DNA of 58,182 bases, the filler included, from Dimargaris cristalligena (taxonomy: Eukaryota), in NCBI GenBank assembly GCA_003614675.1. It is 4 parts of 4 records of this genome, joined end to end, with 100 filler letters (N's around TTAATTAATTAA, not from the genome) between each part and the next. Parts side by side here need not be neighbours in the genome. Positions count along the whole stretch, not along the records: positions 43,739 to 58,182 come from ML002951.1; 3 more parts are not named here. The stretch is one strand, 5' to 3'. A program made the position numbers and the translations under genes. Positions 53,201 to 58,182 of the stretch are shown here, in pieces. The notes under the pieces were generated by a model that was not told the origin of the DNA, did no database searches, and saw nothing but the letters and a program-made list of their open reading frames with translations. Each line of letters opens with the position of its first letter. Within the stretch, counting starts at the first letter, position 1.

Positions 53201-56200
53201 GGACGGAGCCCACGGTATGGTCCACGATATTGATGGCCACACCCAGGTTGAGATCGGCGATAAGAGGTAGTTCCTGTACCCGGGACTGGGCCCCCAGATG
53301 CAGGGCCGAGGCCAGGCGAATCGAGCTGATTTGAAGGAACATTTTGTTCATCATCGGAGCAGCAATCGCTTCCGCGGTGAGCAAAGTGCCCACAAAGTCC
53401 GGGTTAAGGTTATAGCCTTCCGGACTCATGGCCCCACTGGCTAGAGGGGGTAGGTAATGCGGACCCACGGTGGCCAACCGGCGCTGGACACTGGAGGTAA
53501 CGGCCACCCGAGGGGGAGCGGGACGTCCACCAGTCGAGGGAGCGGCCTTGCCTCCAGGTGAAAGTAGGGGCTTTTTACTGGGTTTTTCGTGAGTCCCCAG
53601 TTTATCCTTGGTCTTCTTGGTGTCCATATCACCGGCTTCGCTGTCATCAGTCTCGCGGGAGCGGGCATCGTCATCATCAGCTTCGTCCATATCCACAAAC
53701 CGGTTTTCGAAATTAATTTCACCCAAATTGGCTACGATCGTATCCGGCCGCTGCGTCGACTCGGGGAACACGAGCACGGGGGTTTTGATATTAATATTGA
53801 AATGGAAGCGGTTGGCCCGTTCCTGGAGTTGGGCCGCCTGCTCCGAAGCGGCCTGGCGGGCGGCATCGAAAAGGACGTGCATCTGGGCGAACTTACTGCC
53901 GAACTCCATCAGGGCCCGGACGGGTTCCTCCGCCACGACCAGACGGGCCGAACCCACGCGGAGGAACAGGGCGGCATCGAAGCCCGGGTATTTGGCGGGG
54001 GTGGTGGCGTCAAACGTCTCGTAGGAGAAATTGGCCAAATCGCCGCCTTCCATGGATAACAGGTGGCGGAATTCGGGCCGGGTGAGGGGATTGGACGGCG
54101 CGCAGTCATCCGTCAGGGTTAGGTTACCCAGCTTGGCTCCCACTCGCATAGTCCGATCACGCACCAGAACGGCAATATCGGCATGGGATAGGGACAGGGT
54201 AGCGAGCTGTACCTCGTCGTTATTGAGCATCAGGTTAATGCTGTTAAGGTTAACTCGCACCCGGACGGTAGCGGGATCGGGAATAGGTTCCGCGGGAGGG
54301 TTTTGAGAGTCCGGAAAGCCGGCGCCTATAGCCTGTGGGGATGTATTGGCGGAAACGTCATTGGCCGAGGACAGGGGAGGATTGGCCGGTGACTGATTGT
54401 CGTTAGGCACAAAGGTCTTTAAAATAAAGTCATGCAGGGTCAAAATACTGCCCCGGATGACGTTCACATTGACACTCGACAAACGTACGTCCACGGACTG
54501 GCGCATGCCTTCGTACTTGCTGGCAAATTCGGGGGAAAGGGGGTCAACCCGCTGGTACTCTACGCGCATTAATGGCGGTCGCTCGGCGGGACTGGTGGAA
54601 CCTCCAGAATCGGAATCTTCTTCCAGATGGGCCCGGGGAGTACTGGGATGAATCGCGGAGGTCAAAAGGTAGGATCCGTAGTGCATCCGGTCTTCCACCT
54701 CCAGATCACCCAGGTGGACGAGTGCCGTCATATTGTAGGGCTGCTTAACAAAGTTTAGGGAGAAGTCGCTGATTTTAAGCTCGGCCAGGTAGGTTTCGGG
54801 AACCTCGATATCCCGGTCGGAGCGACGGAGAGATGCGGACATTTCGCCAATGGTAAAATTGAGGACAATCTGTTTACTATGGACCCGCTCCGCTTCCCCG
54901 TCGTCGGCCGGTTCATAAGTTTCGGCGTCGTAGAATTTGTCACCGTCATTATTCTCGCTACCGGCGTCGGAGCTGGATAAATGATCGTCCACCGCAGCCA
55001 GAAGATCATCCCCAGTATCCGACTCGCTGTCCGCCATTTGGAAATCATGTAGATTATAGCCCTGGGAAGTCAGGGAGGCGGTGCCGTGAATACCTAAGGC
55101 TTGGCCGGCTCGGATCCGATCGGCCAAGATGCGGGGGGTTAGTAAATTGGAAGCCCCGCCGGGAACAAAGCCCTGGCCGCCCCCAATCCGTTCCCCGTCA
55201 CCTGGGGTCGCGTAAGTTCCCGTCGTCTCCGAAGTTTCTGCGTTTTCACCGTCACTTAAAGACGGATCTCCATCCAGTCGGTCGAGGAAATCCAACATGT
55301 CGACGAACTTCATGATAGCGCGGTACTTGCGGTCGGAGAAGTTCAGTTTCACCAGGGGCAAATGGCCCTCGACCACCATTTTAGGTAGTGACATGTACTG
55401 CGGAATGATGGAGATGCCCACCTCGAACTGCAAGTTAATCCGGTTCAAGACATGCAAGTCCCCGTCGGTTACCGCGGCACTGTCCTGAATGGCTTCTAAG
55501 CAGCTGTGCACCGACTTCCCCACCACCAACTGTAGTGAGGTAAGGTCGATGGCGAAACGATCGTACATGAGACTTTTAAGTTCGTCAAGTTCGCTGTCGG
55601 TGAGTTCCTTCCCTTCTTTGGCCCGCCATTCATTTAGACGATCGTGGCCCACGAGGTTACTACGCACTTTGAGCCGACCCGAGTCCAGTACGGTCACCAG
55701 AGCCCGGGGATCGGTGAAGCTGGTTGGGATGATAATGACGGGGGCGTCCAAATCGATTTGAATATCAATGGTGGTATGCTCTTCTAGGGCGAATTGCAGC
55801 CCCGCTCGGGTCTGCTGCTTAAACCCTTCGACACTGCGGCCCGCCGCCGCGATAATGTTATGCATGGAATCCAGGGCGGGAATAGGTGGTCGGAAGAATT
55901 TAACCATGGTTTCGATGGCATTGGGATTGAAGAAGAAGTGGAGTCGGCGGGACTGTAGAGTGAGGGCCGAGTCGGCGCGGTGGTCCAGGGGGTTGTTTTC
56001 GAACGTTAGTTGAAAGAAAGGCTCAGCCGGAGGGTCCCCCTCTTGGGTATCATTCGCCTCGCCATTACCGAGGGTGGCTGTGTCTCGGGTGCCATCTGGG
56101 TTAGTGGGCCCGCCATCGAGGGAGGCCGGCACGGTCAGAGTAGACAGGCGGCTGCTAGACGCATTGTGTAGCGACATGGGATCGGTTATTAATGATGTCG

Positions 56201-58182
56201 CATCGGCTTGATCCAGCGCAGGTCGGCCGGGTAAATCGGCCGTGGAGGCGGGGTTGGACCCTACCAAGCGTCGGGGCATATCCCCCTGTACGCTAATAAT
56301 GTAGGGGTAGAGCGAATGTTCGGTCGTTCCGTCCAGAATATTAAAGCTGTGCAGGGATAGATTGGCCGTGAATGATCGCAGTCGTTTGATGAACCCGAAT
56401 CGGAAGGTATCGAAATTGATTGACAGAAGAGAGCGCGGGGACACTCCATGCTGGCGCTGGTACTTGGAATGGTTGCGGGTACTACGAGGCGGGTCATTAT
56501 CAGAGTCCCGGGTTCGACTACTCCGCGGCAGTGAAGAGCGGGACTGTTTTACCGTAAATGACCCCTTATTGAGCTGCATATTGACCTGGAGTAGCATACA
56601 TTCATCGGGGAGATCGTAGTCGGGGACGGCCTGGTTTTCGTCAAAGTCGATGGTGTGATAGAGTTCCTGGAGCTGTTCTTCCGAAAGAGTAGGTTGACTG
56701 GCGTTATTCTGGCCACCGGACCAAGATCCGAACCAGGATCCCACCCAACTTTTGGCCTCCCCTTCGGCAGGGGCACCGGCTGGCTGCTGTTGGACCTGGA
56801 TGGCTTTCTCCTTGCGCAACTTGGCCTCTACCAAGGATCGGTAAAACCGAATGTCCTGGAAACTCAGCTTCCGTTCCAGGGCATCGAGCTCCTTCTTCTC
56901 CGCGAGCTTGCTGGTATCCAGCTTGACCGCCCGGTAGAGGTCGAGATAGCGGAGTCGGTCGTCACGGCGCTCTTCGAAGTAGGCCCAGGTCCATTTGCGA
57001 CGGCGTTCCTGTACTTCGGAAAGGACACACTGTAGGGCAAACTGGAGCCATATCTTCGGGTTCTTTTTGACGGTAATGCCATTGGGCGGCCGGAATTTGC
57101 GGTAGCGGTGCTGCCGGATGAAGTAGTCGAACGATGACACAAGCAGCAGCAAATCCTTATACTGGCGGTCGTTTAGTATAAAGGCCAATTGGTCGAACAG
57201 CAACATGGCGGTGTTCTTGGCCGTACTGGGCGTGAATTTCTTTTTGAGAATGAGGCGACCGGTTCCCGAGACGGGCTTGAGGATATAAGAGTGGCCGGGG
57301 GGCTTCACTCCCTCGCCGGAAATCATATCAGTGAAGCTTTGTAGGAAGTTCTGCAGAGTCTGGCCGGATAGTGACTCGGTATCGGAGTTAAAATAGACCG
57401 CCAAGTGGCCCATTTTCAAGAGCTGGGAGGTTGGAGATAAGCATGGGGAGGAGGTTAAGAATACATGGATCAGGGGTTAGATAATACTGAAGTTAGGCTT
57501 GGCGGGGGGACAATAAAAAAATGCGGGTAGAGTGGGGGGCCAAACTAGACCGCGGTGATTGCCTTACCTTGTGCACATTTTCAAAGGCCTGGTCAAGGAA
57601 CTTGACGTTCCAGTTCTCATCTGTGGATACGGCCGAAAGCTCGGATAGGGTGATCCCCGCGGCAAACATATGATCAGGATTACTGATGTTATCCTCATAG
57701 CGGACATGGATATTGTGAATGGACACCTGCAAGTTATCAACGATCTTTGTAATCAGCTGCATGGTAAATGAAGTTTGCTTGGCGTCATCTTCGTCGGGGG
57801 CTTTGGGTTTAGTGGAGAGCATCTCAAGGGTCTCTAGTTTATCTTGTTTACGCTTCTGCCGCCGCCGGTCGTCCTCTTCGGGATCGTACTAAGGAGATGA
57901 ATGGGCAGATCAAGGAAAGCGTATGGTTGGTAAGCGGAGACGGAGAATGCCCAATGCTTAGAAGTTCATTGGGGTTAATGGCCTACATCCATTATAGAGA
58001 CTTAGTCGATCCACGTGTAAGTGTGAACCATTAGGGTGATAAAATGGAACCGCGCAGCAACTTACCTCGGACATTTTCTTGGGGCCGGCGAGAACGAAAA
58101 TATTCTTGATGAGAACTCGGACGGGTTCTCCTTTGAGATTACTCCATGGGATTTTAAGAACTAGTTCACCGATGTAACCTGG
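47268..58182 (-). CDS. VPS13: Vacuolar protein sorting 13 bridge-like lipid transfer protein, 5'-truncated; exons about 58178-58066, 57888-57568, 57422-47268
   Basis: Chorein-N motifs (LKIPWSNLK; KIVDNLQVSIHNIHVRYED), SHWEPLVEPW, VAB repeats, QIDNQL, ATG2_C-like GFFKGVGKGLVG and a C-terminal PH-like end. Two phase-0 GT-AG introns. Confidence 0.97.

Noticed and set aside
47535-57142. Numerous antisense and alternate-frame ORFs within VPS13 (likewise within the NRPS, GSK3, SEH1 and DDX41)
   Set aside because: They are shadow ORFs expected from GC-rich codon usage and have no independent motifs.

Overview
This window is not one locus. It is four eukaryotic (fungal-type) contigs of decreasing length (1-14499, 14600-29082, 29183-43638, 43739-58182) joined by artificial 100-nt N/TTAATTAATTAA/N spacers. 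Contig 1 holds a partial UNC93-like MFS transporter, a GSK3 kinase with an apparently multi-intron 5' leader, two orphan secreted-protein genes (one interrupted), and a 111-bp LTR plus tRNA primer-binding site beside a (TA)n tract. Contig 2 is an intronless NRPS fragment (A-T-E-C-A-T-C-A-T-E-C-A-T-E, about 4,830 aa) truncated at both ends. Contig 3 is GC-rich and intron-dense, possibly from another organism. It holds MRPS8 head-to-head with a 14-exon DDX41, a TLC-domain membrane protein and a modular Cys-rich extracellular protein. It also holds the main result, invisible to the ORF track: a minus-strand 20-exon gene (34781-36322) whose mature peptide is spelled by seventeen 3-nt and one 9-nt micro-exons. 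These splice to a 56-aa prepropeptide, MKVSTAIAIVAVVVVAVASLATVEA-KPALVRR-VDLDVCMNDCGENDSQCLTKCLFD, with a CX3C-X6-CX3C helical-hairpin motif. Contig 4 holds SEH1 and VPS13, convergent. Gene content and style suggest early-diverging fungi such as Zoopagomycota, which is an inference. All gene models were read by eye, with no transcript or database support.
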